NCBI RefSeq assembly: GCF_021730395.1
Contig: NC_069369.1
Location: 29,741,250-29,805,249, forward strand
Source of the DNA: Mercenaria mercenaria
Lineage: Eukaryota
Reading direction: 5' to 3'
Length of the DNA stretch: 64,000 bases
Shown: positions 15,620 to 30,560 of the stretch, piece by piece
Position numbering within the stretch: position 1 is the stretch's first letter
How the letters are laid out: each line of letters begins with the position of its first letter
The notes under the pieces: generated by a model
Told to the model about the DNA's origin: nothing
Seen by the model: only the letters and a program-made list of their open reading frames with translations
The model's database searches: none
Translations under genes and position numbers: made by a program

Positions 15620-16502
15620 TCAGTGTTTTCCAGAGATCGCATACTACAAATGAGATTTAACCCTGACAAAAGCAATAACATGTAAATATAATACCAAGAC
15701 GAGGAATTAAATCTTTTTTATTTCCTTTGTTATTTTAAAATTTACTAAATAATGGACCATACATTTGTATCAAATAATTTGATTTCATTTAAAGGGTCAT
15801 AATGCCTTTAATTAAAATGTGGCTGCCACGTTTTTTGTTATGAACATAAAATATATTATTTTCTTGTTAAATCCAATGTTTGAGAATTGTTTTCTTACGT
15901 ATTTGTCATAGGTTTGACTATATGATTATTGATTAACATAACAAAAAGTACTATAAAATACAATGTTTTGATTATCTCCCTTTATCATCCTGACTTTATA
16001 ATTTCATGTGTAATATTGGAAGTAGCAATTCTATTTGGACAGCAGCATTATCTATTTTTAACGTAAAATTAAAAGCCTTATGAAACTTTTAAACATGTTT
16101 TTTTCGTAACTGACAAAATGTATTTACCATACAAATATAAGTGCAATTTTATTTCTTTCTGGTTGCAGTTATATAATGATAATATAATTTCCATCTATAC
16201 TTCAAAAAGTATCATATACATCAATGTTCAATTAACTTTTCTTCCAACCAACTTTTATTTACTTATACTTAACGCAACCTTTTATCCAGTGGTGTCCTAT
16301 CAAGAATGGTTTAATATCCTTTTGATAATCATTTTAATTTCCCAGTTGGATCATGTACAGCAATTGTTATGATTAACAGCTTATTATTTTCGGGACTTTT
16401 TTTTATGTCTGGCAAATTACTACTACATTCCATTCAATACATGAAATTTACATCGCAATAATACAACTGAACCTGCCTTAGTAACCACCTGTATTAAGCA
16501 GC

Positions 16503-16701
16503 CTTAACCTTCATCCTGCTAAATTTCTAAAATGGACTGGTCCATCTTTGCATTTGGGCAGTACCACTTGTTTATCAGAGGGGTGTTCACTGAAAATTTA
16601 CTAACTGAATAGCGAACAGTGCAGGCACGGATGTGCAGGCTGATCTTGGTCTGCACTGGTAGCAAAGGCAGGATCACTTGCCGCCAGCAGGCTTAAGGTT
16701 A
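16503..16701 (-). mobile_element. MITE family B, copy 2
   Basis: Reverse orientation of the copy-1 consensus, ending ccgccagcaggcttaaggttaa. Confidence 0.8.
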
Positions 16702-17639
16702 ATGCAGGTTTGACAGTTGTATAAAAGCAGAAAATCTATTAGTGCAAAATGGAACAGAATTCCCCATGCCTCTAGGTTTAACTGACCATCCAGACTGATT
16801 ATACGGCACGCAAGAACTTACTAGTGGCTGGTACGTCTAGTCTCGGTCTCTTCACTGGTTGAAACGTTTTGCCGTTTTCCATGAAGCGTGGAGTCACCTC
16901 CACTCAGTAATATATGTAAACCAGAATCACACCCACTTCTTAGCACTCACTGTAGACAGCCTATAAATAAATAAACCACTTGTCTGTATAAACTTTATCA
17001 CGATTATATTTTTTGTAACAAAATCTTTCATCATTTTTTGGTTAAGTTGGGTAAAAATGTACATTGTTTCTTTCCATTTTAAATAAAAACTTTCCAGGAT
17101 TGAAAAGAGGTTTTGCACGTTTTTTTTATATTTTATTATTATTTATATAAATTAACACTAGAAATATTAGTAGGGCATGCACTGTGAATCTACTCTACCT
17201 TTATGCCTATTAGAATAATCTCTGTTTGACAGAAATGATTTAATAGCCACACATGTAGATCCACACTTCACAAAGCACTTCTTATTACAATATTGTAAAT
17301 TGCCCAATACTGTTACCTTCATTTCACAAACTGTGATAATAGATTTTGCAAAACTAGTACTATTATGCACTTTTTTCCCCTGTGCTTTTAGCATTTTTCT
17401 GAAAGAATTATCATATGTCAGTTTAATTGTATAACTAGGAAAGAACAGTTACTGCAATCACTCAAGACTTCCTCCTCACACTAAGGTTTAAAGGGAATGC
17501 CCTTATATGGTGTTCAGCTGTCAACAAAAAGCAAAATGGTAACAGACTGTAACCTTGAGCATCTGTGAAGATATATCATGTTTATCTTGAAAGATTACTT
17601 CTTATAATGTGCTCAGTCACATTTAAGGTTCAAGTTATC

Positions 17640-18660
17640 ATCCGAAAACATTTTCTAGGTGAGCAAAAATCTTTCTGAACTTTGACCTGCAAGAGTGACC
17701 TTGACCTTTAAGCTTTGGAACTGAGTATTGCGCATAATATATCTCATTACTGGAAACATTTACGTCAAGTAATATTACAATCCATTGATGTATGACAGAT
17801 ATGGACAGGACAGGAAAAACAAGTATGCCCATGGGCAGAATGTCGAACCCGCCAGCTGTCTTAGTGTGATCTTGACCTTAGACCTAGGGACCTGGTTCTT
17901 GCGCATGACACTCTGTCTCATGATGTTGAACATTCATGCCAAGTTACATCAAAATCCCACCATGCATGAAGAAAAAATGCTCCAGACAAACTTCAATTTG
18001 ACCTATGAAATCCAACTGTGACCTTGGCCTTTGAGACAGGAACATGGGGTTTGCGCATGACACTTCTTCTCATTGAGGTTAACATTCATGCCAAATATAA
18101 ACAAGATTGGTCCATGCATGTCAAAGTTATTGTCCGGACAAAATCGGACGGACGGACGCACATGCACCAACCCACCAAAAATGATGACTAAGTTGGGCTC
18201 ACCGCAAGTGGGCTCGACAAAAGCCATGATATCTGACCTCAGTGTGACCTTGACCTTTGAGCTAGGGGTCTGGGAGTTATGCAGGACATGTTGTCATACT
18301 ATGGGGAACATTTGTGCCAAGTAATATTATAATCCTTTAATGCATGACAAAGTTTTGGACTAGACAGGAAAAATAACTTTGACCTTTGACCCCAGTGTGA
18401 CCTTGACCTTTGAGCTACGGGTCCAGGTGTTGCAGATTGCATGTATTCTAATAATGGGGAATATTTGTGTCATGTTATACTGTAATCCCTCAATGGATGA
18501 CAGAATTCTGGACCTGACAAAACAGATCTTGTTAATGGTATTCTAACCTTTGACCTCCAAGTGTGACCTTGACCTTTGAGTTAGGGGTCTGGGTTTTGCG
18601 CATAACACAGTGTCTCATTATGGGAAACATTTCTGCTATAAAGTAATATTAAAATCTCTA
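17640..18660. repeat. Satellite K block (gtgaccttgacctttgagctaggggtctggg...gcgcatgacac.gtctcatwatg...catgccaagt): four or more ~240-bp units, with one unit carrying a (GGAC)n plus gggctcgacaaaagc tail
   Basis: Periodicity visible directly. A homologous block lies at 44700-45200. Confidence 0.65.
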
Positions 18661-20295
18661 GACAAATGACAAGAGTAATGGACCCGACACAAAATTGCGG
18701 ACAAACAGATGGAATAACAGAATGACCAACAGGAAAGTCCCTGCAAAAAGGGGACTAATAATTATTATCTTAGTGTGATCTAAACTTAACTAAATACATC
18801 AGCTACAGTGCATACTGCTTCATTAATCAATCAATGAAATGCTGTTACATTAAATACATTGTCTTTACCTAATATATGCCACTGTCAACTTGTATTTCTC
18901 ATTTTTATAAATCAGCTTTATGGAAACTCAAAAGAATACAGTTATTCTATAGTGGGTTTTGTGATCTCTGAAAACCCACAGCACAAAAAATTTAAGGAGG
19001 CAGCAGTCTTTTGCATAAAATTTTCATGTATATTCCTTTACCCAGTCAAAAAAAAAGTTTAAAATTCTTACACCAAATTGTTTAAATATTCTATTTTTAA
19101 AATCAAAAACCAACAATAAATTCAAAAGTTCGTAGCTTTATATTATAAATCTTATTTCGAAATGTGAATTACAAATTATGGTGTAACATTAAGCCGATTC
19201 ACATGCCAACACAATCTTTTCTCATTTTAGAGAGTGTAATACATTTTATCGGTTTGTTTATCTATTAACTAAATCATTATTAAACCACGTTTCTCCATCA
19301 TTACGTATGCAAATGTACTATATTTATCCCCGCAGGCACGAAATCATAACACCGTAAATATACTGCTATATGCACAAATATCACTCTCTAATTTTCCGTC
19401 AGTGTATAGAGGACACTATTATCGAAACAAACAATTTCACCAGGATATACATGAGCTTTTTGTTTGACCTATAAACTTGCACACTTGTCGCATTTTCCGC
19501 TTTGCTGCAGTTTCATATTGCAAACAAGATAAAGAAATACACATGTATGGGCAATGGTGTACATTACAAATGTAAACCGTGCCTACTGCATGAAACATTG
19601 TACTATCTGTTGCAAACCGTTAAACAACCGATAACTGAGTATTTATTTACATTAATATCAAGGATACACCATGGACTAAATCGATAATGTATTTGCTGAC
19701 AGAAGTCTACCGGATAAAACAAATAACAAAGCTTCTCAACATTAAACCTCCGTCATGTATAAGGAACTTGGTCAATATACATGTACCATTCTTGATCAAA
19801 TGTATTTCGAAAGACAAGCTTGCCACTGATACCAGTGTAAAAATCAATATCCATCTTCAGTGACAATACTGTATTAACAGTCGGTGAAAATGACCTCAGT
19901 ATTGGAAGGTAGTGCTGCAACAAAGGAAACCTAAACACACAAAATGGCCCAGATATAAATATGTGCACATCTTAACGGCCCAGATATAAAAATGTGCACA
20001 TCTTAACGGGGTCAGTGATAACATTTCGCTGATAAGTATTCTTCAGAACATCTGAACATTTTGAAGTTTTACTAAATGAAATCAGGGTAAGAACTTCTTA
20101 AAAAAAAATAATAGAAAAATAATAAAATTTTATGATCTACAAACTAGGGTAATTTCATAATTCAGTAAACAGCAAAAAATAATTGGCTCAACATAGTGAT
20201 TCTGTTTTTCCCTGTATTTTCTGTTTTTGGTCTCTTAATGCCTAGATAATCCAATCATTTTGTTCATACCCTGGTCATTTTATATGACCCCGTGT

Positions 20296-20530
20296 TATAC
20301 TGTGGCACCCATTACAAGCAGTAAACTAACTAGTAATGTGTCAATGGATTAACTCTGGGAATTATGTCTGCTTAAGAAATTCCTTTTTTAAGTACGTCCA
20401 TTCTATAGAACAAATTCCATCACTTAAATTAATGTCAATGGATTAACTCAGGGAATTTTGTCTGCTTAAGAAATTCCTTTTTTTAAGTACTTCCATTCTA
20501 TACAGAATAGGTGAAAGAACAAATTCCATC
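20296..20530. repeat. Local ~110-bp direct duplication (tgtcaatggattaactc.gggaatt.tgtctgcttaagaaattcctttttt(t)aagtac.tccattctata.a...caaattccatcacttaaattaat)
   Basis: Two copies plus a partial third. Confidence 0.7.
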
Positions 20531-21639
20531 ACTTAAATTAATAATGGAGGAGTTATATATACAAAATTTTCAGGAAGGACAAAATGGGTCAGTCAGACAA
20601 GGGCCATTTAAACAGCACCCCATTTTGAGTTCGAATGAAAACATCGATACAAACAACACAGATAAAAGACCATGTCAATAATAATTTACCTGATGTCTTT
20701 AACTCTGCAGACAATTTCAGAAATGGTGTTTCCCTAGGGTACCAATGTCATAATGTAGGAGACATCCTTACTACATTGTTCTTGTCCTGCAAATAGAACA
20801 AACATCACATATACACTGCAGTCTAATAATGCACCAATAAAATTCCATGCCAAACAGTATATTATGCATCCATACCAGTTAAGGTACTTTTGTCAAAAAT
20901 AAGTAAGCTTTTTGCCAGGTTTGAGTATTAACCTTTCTATTTAGGAATATTGGGTCTATAAAAATGTGCTTTAATTAACAGTATTTCTCTCCTGTAGAGG
21001 TGCAATTGTACCTGGAATAACTGCCATGCACAAAAACTGGATTCAACTAACTTAAAACAAGGGAAGAAGGTTGTGAGCTGTCACACGGACCAACACCAGA
21101 TGTTTATAGTTTTTATTACACTATACTTTACTGGTCTGGATCTTCAAAAGATCTTCATCAGAGGTACTGTAGAACTTGCTTACCATCCACCCAGACAAAC
21201 ATAAAAAAGAGGTTTCGGGAAGTAATATAAATATTATTATGACCTGCAGGCATACATGCCGTAAAGAGTTAAGGGTATGCCTAGCTATTTAATGCAATCA
21301 GGGCAGTTGTATTATATCTCCCTCTTTAACGTAACGTATGCGACACCAAAGCATTCAATCTCACATTGTGCTCATTTTCCACAATCATTCTTAACAATAC
21401 TTTCAGGTGCCTTGATCAAATTTAATTCATATCATCTTCAATTGAATTTAACTGTCTATCCATGTTTAATTCAATTAACTCCCAGATGAAAATATTTTTT
21501 ACGAGACAATTATAATGCATTAAGTTGAGTTCTGTTAATGCTTTATACGACAATCAATTCACTGTAAATGTCATAGAAGGACATTTCATCTAACTCATCT
21601 AATGAATCCAAGATTTCTTTCTAATCTGCAAATGTCACA

Positions 21640-23060
21640 TTTAAGAAGATATTTCACAACGATTAATATCCATCCAGAGCCACACAAATCATAAAGTGCC
21701 CTCTTCCAAAATTCATTAAGAACCACAGATTTCAACAAGATCTTTCTGCTGTCATCTAATACAACAATTTCATCCAGTGCTTTCTACTGATATTCTTCCA
21801 GAAACACACATTTTCAACATTTCATAGAGTGCTTTTTATTAATATTCTTCCAGACCCAGAGATATCATCAAGTGCTTTCTACTGATATCCTTCCAGAACT
21901 ACAAATGTCATCAAGTGCATTCTACTGATATCCTTCCAGAACCACAGATGTCATCAAGCGCTTCCTACTGATATCCTTCCAGAATCACAGATGTCATCAA
22001 GCGCTTTCTACTGATATCCTTCCAGAATCACAGATGTCATCAAGCGCTTTCTACTGATATCCTTTCAGAATCACAGATTTCATCAAATGCTTTGTACTGA
22101 TATCCTTCCAGAATCACAGATGTCATCAAGTGCATATTCTACTGATATCCTTCCAGAATCACAGATGTCATCAAGTGCATATTCTACTGATATCCTTCCA
22201 CAACCACAGATGTCATCAAATGCTTTGTACTGATATCCTTCCAGAACATAGATATCATCAAGTGCATTCTACTGATATCCTTCCACAACCACAGATGTCA
22301 TCAAATGCTTTCTACTGATATCCTTCCAGAACCATTGATGTCATCAAGTGCTTTCTACTGATATCCTTCCAGAATCACAGATTTCATCAAGATCTTTCTG
22401 CTATCATCTAATACAACAATTTTGTCCAGTGCTTTCTACTGATATTCTTCCAGAAACACACAGTTCAACATTTCATAGAGTGCTTTCTATTGATATCCTT
22501 CCAGAATCACAGATTTCATCAAGATCTTTCTGCTATCATCTAATACAACAATTTTGTCCAGTGCTTTCTACTGATATTCTTCCAGAAACACACAGTTCAA
22601 CATTTCATAGAGTGCTTTCTATTGATATCCTTCCAGAACTACATATTTCATCAAGTGCTTTCTACTGATACATGTATTCTTCCAGAACCACAGATCTCAT
22701 CAAGTGCTTTCCAGAACCACAGATCTCATCAAGTGCATTCTACTGATATCCTTCCAGAACCACAGATCTCATCAAGTGCTTTCTACCGATATCCTTCCAG
22801 AACCACATCTCACCAAGACTCCTTTCAGAACCACAGATGCTTTCTACTGATATCCTTCCAGAACCACAGATCTCATCAAGTGCTTTCTACTGATATCCTT
22901 CCAGAACCACAGATCTCATCAAGTGCTTTCTACTGATATCCTTCCAGAACCACAGATCTGAGATCTCATCAAGTGCTTTCTACTGAAATCCTTCCTGACG
23001 CACATATCTCATCAAGTGCTTTCTACTAAAATTTCTTCCAAAACCCACGTTCTCATCAAG
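21640..23060. repeat. Minisatellite H: ~37-42-bp unit (catcaagtgctttctactgatatccttccagaaccacagatgt), about 35 copies
   Basis: Obvious tandem periodicity. ORFs 22130..22936 are translations of the repeat. Confidence 0.85.
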
Positions 23061-24559
23061 TGCTCTCACCTGTTTATCAATCCGAATCATCTCATTTCAT
23101 CCACATGAATGTGATAACCATACAAATTCAAACAGGTTTTACTGATGATATCAGATCAGACAATTTATTCATTCAGACACTTAAATTTCCTCAGAGCCCA
23201 CACACCATGTTGCAGCAGACTTTTCTGTCTGATAATTGTTATCATTTCCGTGTCACAGCATGTTACATGAATTGTGACAATATATATATATATATATACA
23301 CCATGATCACAAAACCCATTTCATGCTCAATTCACATGTCCACCTCGCGTTGATTTATCATAGCGAAAATAACTTTTTGTTAAAAGTTTTACACCATTTT
23401 TCAAAATAATTTAGATTACATGACAGTGGTCTGTTTTTCTATTCACTTTTCCTAGAGTCTGCACCATTACTTCAGACTTGTTCTCCACAGGTAGATGACA
23501 ACTTACCCACATGAAAATTAAGTGGAGGTACTGGTAGAATGATTTCAGATATATTTGTCTTTTGTGTAATTGCCTCAACTGCGTACATAAAACCTCAACA
23601 TCTCTTGTTTAATATAAACAATCATTATTCTCTTGGATGGTTATCTATTATTTTCAATAGATAGCTAATAGGAACAAAGAAATGTAATTCCATACTAAGT
23701 ACATGATTTATCAACTTCGCTATAACTATTGTAACATGCTACAAACAGGTAAAACATTTCAATAAATTCCACTTGCCTTGTGATTCAGACTCTATCCAAT
23801 TATATACTTTACTAAACTGCACTTTGCCAAATTTCCTTGTTATAAATATCCTAAGTTATTATTACATGAATAAAGAATACACACTCGTTAAACACTGATA
23901 AAGACGCCTTTAATATTCAGTTAACGGTAGTCCTACTACACAGTGTTACATGAATGACCTGCTATTATTCGGAGTTAGTTATTTTAAACACACACACACA
24001 ACAAACACTTCCTAAATCGCTCTTTATATGACTTGTGCATTCAAGCCTGACAGCTCTACTTCAAACAAGTTCATGATCAGGTTACCCTGCACCAAAGAAA
24101 ATGTTATTAAGATAACAACATGTACACACCGATCTACATGTACACAAAATCTTCAGATAATCATTCAAGGCTGGAGTTAACATTTCAATATGCAATGAAA
24201 CAGAAGAGTTTACCAATCTTCAAGATAACCTGATAAATCTTCCTTTGATATGTTGTGTAATAGGTTTTTGTTATTCATACACAATTAAACAGCTAAACAT
24301 CAAAACAGGTGGAGTAAAGAAAACACACAGAAACAAAATTAAAAATAAGGCTTCTGTAAATATTTCTTCTAAATAAAGTTTATCATGACTAAGAAAACAA
24401 ATCTTGACTGCCAGAAAGGCATGAACATTTTATTGTACAAATTTATCACTGAAATGCTTTCTGGTAGAATCCAGACTGAACAAGGGGCACTCCATCCTAG
24501 CCAAATAAAGGTACTGTTAAAATAACCCTATTATATCATAACATTTGTGAGTCCACAAA

Positions 24560-25400
24560 CAACCCTTACATGCAGAGCTTAAATACATGCCTCAACTCTT
24601 ACATCCTGCCTCAACTCTACATGCAGGGTTTAAATACTTGCCTCAACCTCTCTACTCACAGAGTTAAATACCGGCTTCAACCTCTACACACAAAGTCAAC
24701 CTCTACACGCAGAGTTAAATACTGGCTTCAGCCTCTACACACAAAGTCAACCGTTACACACAGAGTTACATACTGACTTCAACCTCTACACAAAAAGTCA
24801 ACCTCTACACACAAAGTTTAAATACTGGTCTCAACCTCTACATACAGAGTTGGATACCAGCTTCAACTTCTACACACAAAGTTTAAATACTTACCTCAAC
24901 CTTTACACACAGATTTAAAGACCGGCTTCAACCTCTACACATTAAGTTTAAATATCTGCCTAAACCTCTGCACACAGAGTTAGATACCAGCTTCAACCTC
25001 TACACACAAAGTTTAAATAATTGTCTCAGCCCATACACACATTTAAATACCTGTCACAGCCTCTTTAATAACAGAGTTTTAAACACCTACCCCAACCCCT
25101 ACACACACAGTTTTAAATACCTGCCTCAACCTCTACACACTAAGTTTAAGAGTGTAAATACTGGCCTCAACCTTTACACACATCATTTTTTAATCCCTTT
25201 ACCACAAACCCTTACCACACAGTTTAAAACCTGCCTCAACACTGACAAAGTTTAAATACCTCCTCGCTTCTTATCATGATTTAAATACCTGCCACAGCCT
25301 CAGAATTTTAATACCTGCCTCAGTCTCTTAATTTAAGAGTTTATTGAATACCTGCCTCAATCCTTACACACAGAACTTAAATACCCCCATCAACCTCTTT
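24560..25400. repeat. Minisatellite I: ~40-bp unit (ctcaacctctacacacagagtttaaatacctgc), about 20 copies
   Basis: Obvious tandem periodicity. ORF 24570..24776 is an artefact. Confidence 0.85.
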
Positions 25401-25814
25401 TCAGAGTTCAGAATACATGCTACAAGACAGTGGTAATACCTCAGATGTTTTAGTAAACAGTTTAATTAAAATACAATGACACTTAGAAAATGGAAATGTG
25501 ATCAAAACACATCATAACAATGCTAAAGGAAATTGTTCTGATATAAAGATAATTGACTTTTCACTTGCTTGCATATTTTAGTACAAATTTAAATTGTAAA
25601 GTGTCTTTACTATTCCTTTCTCCAAGAAATATTTTATCACAATGGCACATCCTGAAGCCAGTTCTAATTAAATCATGTTTAAAAACAGAATTAAGAAGAT
25701 TAAATTCTTTTCTGGCATGATCAATCAGCAAATAATATTAAAAACAATCCAACATGGCAGAGGAATGAAAGAAACTTGCACATTTTTAAATTAATAACCA
25801 TACTTGACATGATT

Positions 25815-25980
25815 GATTCTACCTTTGCGACCAGTGCAGATCATGATCAGCCTGCACATCTGTGCAGTCTGATCATGGTCTGCACTGTTCACTATTCAGG
25901 CAGTATCTTTTTGGTAAGCACTCTTTTAACAGTGGTACTGTCCAAATAGAAAGATGTTCATTATAGAAATCTAGCAAGGT
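25815..25980 (+). mobile_element. MITE family B, copy 3 (5' ~20 bp missing)
   Basis: gattctacctttgcgaccagtgcagatcatgatcagcctgcacatctgtgcagtctgatcatgg...aaggtaagggataacc. Confidence 0.7.
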
Positions 25981-27385
25981 AAGGGATAACCTCATTTGAA
26001 TCTCTGTCGAGTCTACTTCCTGGATAAAGCAGTTCTAAGTGTTAAAGAATAAGCGGTCAGGACAAAAGTGAGACTCAAACCGATAATATGTAAGTCACGT
26101 CAGACAACTTAACCATTAGACCACCAATCCCCTTAACTTTAGAGTAAAAAATACCGAACAAATTAAAGAAAGTTGAAAACTTTATAATGTCCTTACAGTT
26201 ACAGAAATAAAGTAATTTCAACTATTACCAAACATAGTAAAAAAAAACCCACAAAACTTTTAATGCCAACCTTTCGCTATCTGGTATCAATTTCATCAAT
26301 CCGTAAGTAATGTTTAGTTTAAAAGTACAAAACTACAAAGGATTATACATGTACTGTACGCTAACTTGCGATACTACCAATATATTCTTGACGGATCGAT
26401 AATCAAGATTCTTAATCACAATATACAAACATGGCTTGTCCAATAATTTCCAATCTCATGTGTACATGTATGCGTGAATGTCATGATAACTGATATCTTT
26501 ACTGCAAATACACAACAAAGACACAGCCGTCAGAGGAGACGTTTTTCAATAATTATACGACACGATCATGTACATTACTGCGCATCTGTAACTTGGGAAG
26601 TTTCTCGTTTACAAGGAAATCCAAAGAATCAACCATGCATATCCGTACTTTTCCTCCGCCACATAATAAAATTCCATGCACTGACTTCATGAATTACACT
26701 ACACACAAAATACTATGACCTATATCTTTCTCACTTACATTGGTATTTTATCCCTCTCGCCTTGTCAGTCAATCTAAAAATCGTTTTTCAATAAGAACAA
26801 TTAACAGATGGAACTGAAAGTAAAGACTCCTGCAGCAATATTCCACACTCACTTGCTATTGATCAGCATTTAGAGATACACTTCCAACAACAAAAGCTTT
26901 TATGTTTAATCTAGTCCAAATATAAAACTGTAGTGCATTAACACTAACCCAGTCAAGTGAACGCTTGCGGTATAGACAAAATGGTGCTAGACACCAGCTA
27001 TGTACATGAACATGTAGACAGTGAAAATATTCTCCTGTTCCATTTTGTTCTCTTTTATTTCTTTTCAGACAGTCCAGACTATGTTACATCACCATAGAAG
27101 ATTATTGAAAGAAAATATAATACGACTGTCTGGCCAGATGATTCAGGGATACAAAAAAAAACAAAAACAAAAAACAGAAAAGAAGCATTTAAATATAAAG
27201 TTAACATGTTTGATTTGATTTCGCAATTACAGAAATAGCATCCATATTAAAAAGGTAATGTAACACATTATCAACAATACTATCAACAAGAGAACTATTT
27301 TCAAGGGATAAAACATTAACAGTGTTCAGTAAAATTAATTTAAAGAATTTCTTAAAATATTTAAACACCTATTTGCCTGTATTAG

Positions 27386-27734
27386 CAGGGATTTTTTAAG
27401 GCTGATTTTGGGGCCGAATATGGGCCCCATCCCAATTCCAAAAATTTGCTTATTATCCCAATTCTGAGGTATAAATTTCCCAAAAATCTGCCAAAAAATA
27501 CCAATTTTTAGGTAGTCTCAATTTTCAGGTTTCCAAAACTTTCAAAGGACAGGAAAAAAAAGAAAGAATTTTGATGTGACTTACAACAAAAACAACGATT
27601 AAACAATTCTGAAATAAAGGTTGTATGATGGTAAAACTTATTTAATGAATTTCCCAATTTTCAGGTTTTACGCGCCATTTTTCCCAACTGAATGGGCCCC
27701 GGGCCCCAGGTTTGAAACGGTAAAAAAATCCCTG
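27386..27734. mobile_element. ~350-bp TIR element (CAGGGATTTTTT / AAAAAAATCCCTG) flanked by a direct ATTAG duplication
   Basis: 12-bp perfect terminal inverted repeats. The flanks gtATTAG|cagg and ccctg|ATTAGa suggest a 5-bp TSD. Confidence 0.55.
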
Positions 27735-29859
27735 ATTAGATTGGAGATTCAGAAAAAATGGTAACTACTGCAAACATTTCTATATCTGCAGTAGCTAACT
27801 GCAGAGCTACGTTATGAGAAAAACAACCCCAAAACAATATGATTTAATGACAACTTTTACCATACTCGATATTCAAGAAATAAGAGACTTCAATCTATTT
27901 CATATTCTGGTAATCTTTCCACACTGATGACATCACAAGCAATTTTTTATGGCCAGTCTTGCTATAGAAATCCAGACATGGAAACCTGAAGTACTACCGA
28001 GCACAACCCCTGCGCCAAACACAGGGCTCGACATACTGAATGAAGTCATCCTGCAGGACAAGTGGCTCAGAATTTCACTCAGCCGTCTGCAATTTGTACT
28101 CGTCCAGTAATTATCAAAGTAAAAAGCATTTCTATATACAACAACTATTTCAAAGTCTTGTGAAAATGGTATGTAAAGGAATCTTGTGTGTTGAGCGTCT
28201 AGCTAATGTGACCATAATATGGAACCATAACAGAATGCAGCGGAACAATTAATCAACGTCTGTTTCGACTGCCGAGATACTCCCACTTCTCTGCGGCTTT
28301 GGACAAAACTGCACGTGTGACAGAAATCCATGAAGCTGGATTTATCAAGCCCTGAATTAATGGCTGTGACATACGTTTTTTTCAGGGCCTCCTCTGCCAT
28401 TCGCCAATGTAGCAAAACACTACTAATTCAAACAACTGGCTACAAATTTTTGAAAGTGGCTACAAGAATTTTATTAAAATGTGCCCAGATTTCAACAATT
28501 CAGCTTCAATTTGGCAGTTTCCCTTAAAAAGTGGCTACAATTTTCCTAGGCCCAGTGGAGGCCCTGTTTTTTCAAACTTTCAGTATTACTTCAGTCGTAT
28601 ATCAATAATCTTAATTCAATTCTGACTAACTTATCATTTCCACAAATAAATGATAATCTGTCAACATAAAACAGAAATGAAAGACAAATTGGCCTTGAAT
28701 TGAGTCACAATGAAAAGTCTGCCCCTGTTTATGTCAGGGTAGTGAACTTATATAATTTGAACCAGAAAACAGCCACACTAACTCATGCAATTATTCTTTA
28801 AATATTTTCTCCTTAACAAATAGGTAATGGGGTTAATCCCCAAATTCCCCACTATGAGCCTGAGTAGCTGAAAGTGAAACAAGGCAAGTTTGTTGCACTG
28901 ATTTGCCAATAGCCTTCAACACAACTTACAATAAACAAATCAGCAAGTTAAACCGGTCGCAAAGACCTGGAATATACAAGTTTTAGATACATGTAATCAT
29001 ATGAAGCAAATTTAATCTGCACCAACTTTAAACCATTCAAAGCAATTTACAAACATGAAAGTATTACTACACATAAAATACAACAATAAATAGCAAACTT
29101 TTCTTGTATCAAAACCATTTTTCGATAAAGTTACTTTGAGCACTCGACAAACATTCAATGTACTCTTGCAAGCAGATAAATATGGTATTGTACATGATCG
29201 ACCAATGTACATGTAGCTTCTCGCCTGTCTAGGATTTTAAAATCTAAACTATGCGCAATGAATGGTAAACAAGAGCTACCAGTTAATTCAGCCAGAGATA
29301 TGATCATAGCTTGTGTGCACAAGCCTCATGTATATGTCCTCAATGACTGGATCTATAAATAACCCCCTCATATTTTACCTGTACACAGGTATTGTAATGC
29401 TGTATTACACTTGTATAAACAAATGTTGGGAAGGTTTCTGTTTGATCTTTTTATCAATAAAGGTAGAAAATTCACTTTACAAATAAATACACATGTGCCC
29501 ACATTTATGTTATCGGCAGTTTTGCATGAACAAGTCATCGATTATTCTACAATGTGTACATGTCTTGGTTTTCAATAAATCCTGTAAAATGTGGTATTAA
29601 ATACAACAGCTATCTTTTTTAAAGGCAAACTGACTTTGAAAAACAGTTATTATTATTTCCATCATAATGATTTTTAAAGAAACTTAGTATGTAAAATTAC
29701 ATTATCATCAGTCTTTTTTTTTTTTTTTTTTTCAAATTAATAAAAGCTACCTTGGGTTGTGATCCCATTTCTAGGTTGTCATTCAATAAACTTACAAAAA
29801 CAGGAGCTGTCTGTTGACAATGCGCTCAACTATTCAAAGATTATGCAAACCTTAACTAA

Positions 29860-30560
29860 TTTCTATGTCTAACAAGAGCTGTCCTTATAACAACCAATGC
29901 TCGACTTTTCAAATTGTTGTCCCAGAAGCAGGAATATTACCCTAAATGTTAAAATATCTATAGTTCAATCCAGTATCTGCAAAACTTTAATCAGAATTTT
30001 TAAGTTCAAAAGGGGACATAATTTAGCAAAAAAATCATGTCAGAGTTATAGGACTTGTTGTTATGACCTAGTTTTATAAACCTGAAGAAATGTGTGAAGT
30101 TTCAATTCAATATTTGCATGCAAAACTTTAACCAGGTTTTTTTTTTAGTCCAAAAGGGGGCATAATTTGGTCAGGATCAATGCCAGAGCTATGGGACTTG
30201 ATGCTATCACCTAGTTATATAACCCCAAAGACACGTGTGAAGTTTCAAATCAATATCTGCATTAGTTTTGGAGATAGTAACTTGCATGAAAATTTTTATC
30301 CAGGATTTTCTAAATCCAAAAGGTGCATAATTTGTCCAAAGTACATGTCACAGTTATTTGACTTGACCCAGTGAGGTTGGTAATTGACCTAGAAAAAAGA
30401 AGAAAATAAGTTTCAAAGCAATATGCCATTAAATGATAGCTATATGTACTTGCATGCAAAACTTCATAACCAAGATGGGACGCCAACACCAGGGTGAGTT
30501 GAACAGCTCAAACTATTCTTCGAAAAAACCCTTGGCCTAGTTATGTAGTCTTGCCTACAT
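29860..30560 (+). mobile_element. Composite tandem-repeat element, same superfamily (5' caagagctgtcc..gctcgac; ~175-bp monomers with ccaaaagggg[ga]cataatt...cagagttatgg...gtgtgaagtttcaa; tail ...ttcttcgaaaaaaccc)
   Basis: Shares the 5' hairpin motif and tail with the 12.8k, 33.9k and 38.2k elements. Confidence 0.55.

Noticed and set aside
22130-22936. Three long plus-strand ORFs (62-106 aa) with repetitive peptide sequence (STDILPE...HQV...)
   Set aside because: They are translations of the ~40-bp minisatellite H, with identical periodicity in DNA and protein. There is no start context or homology.
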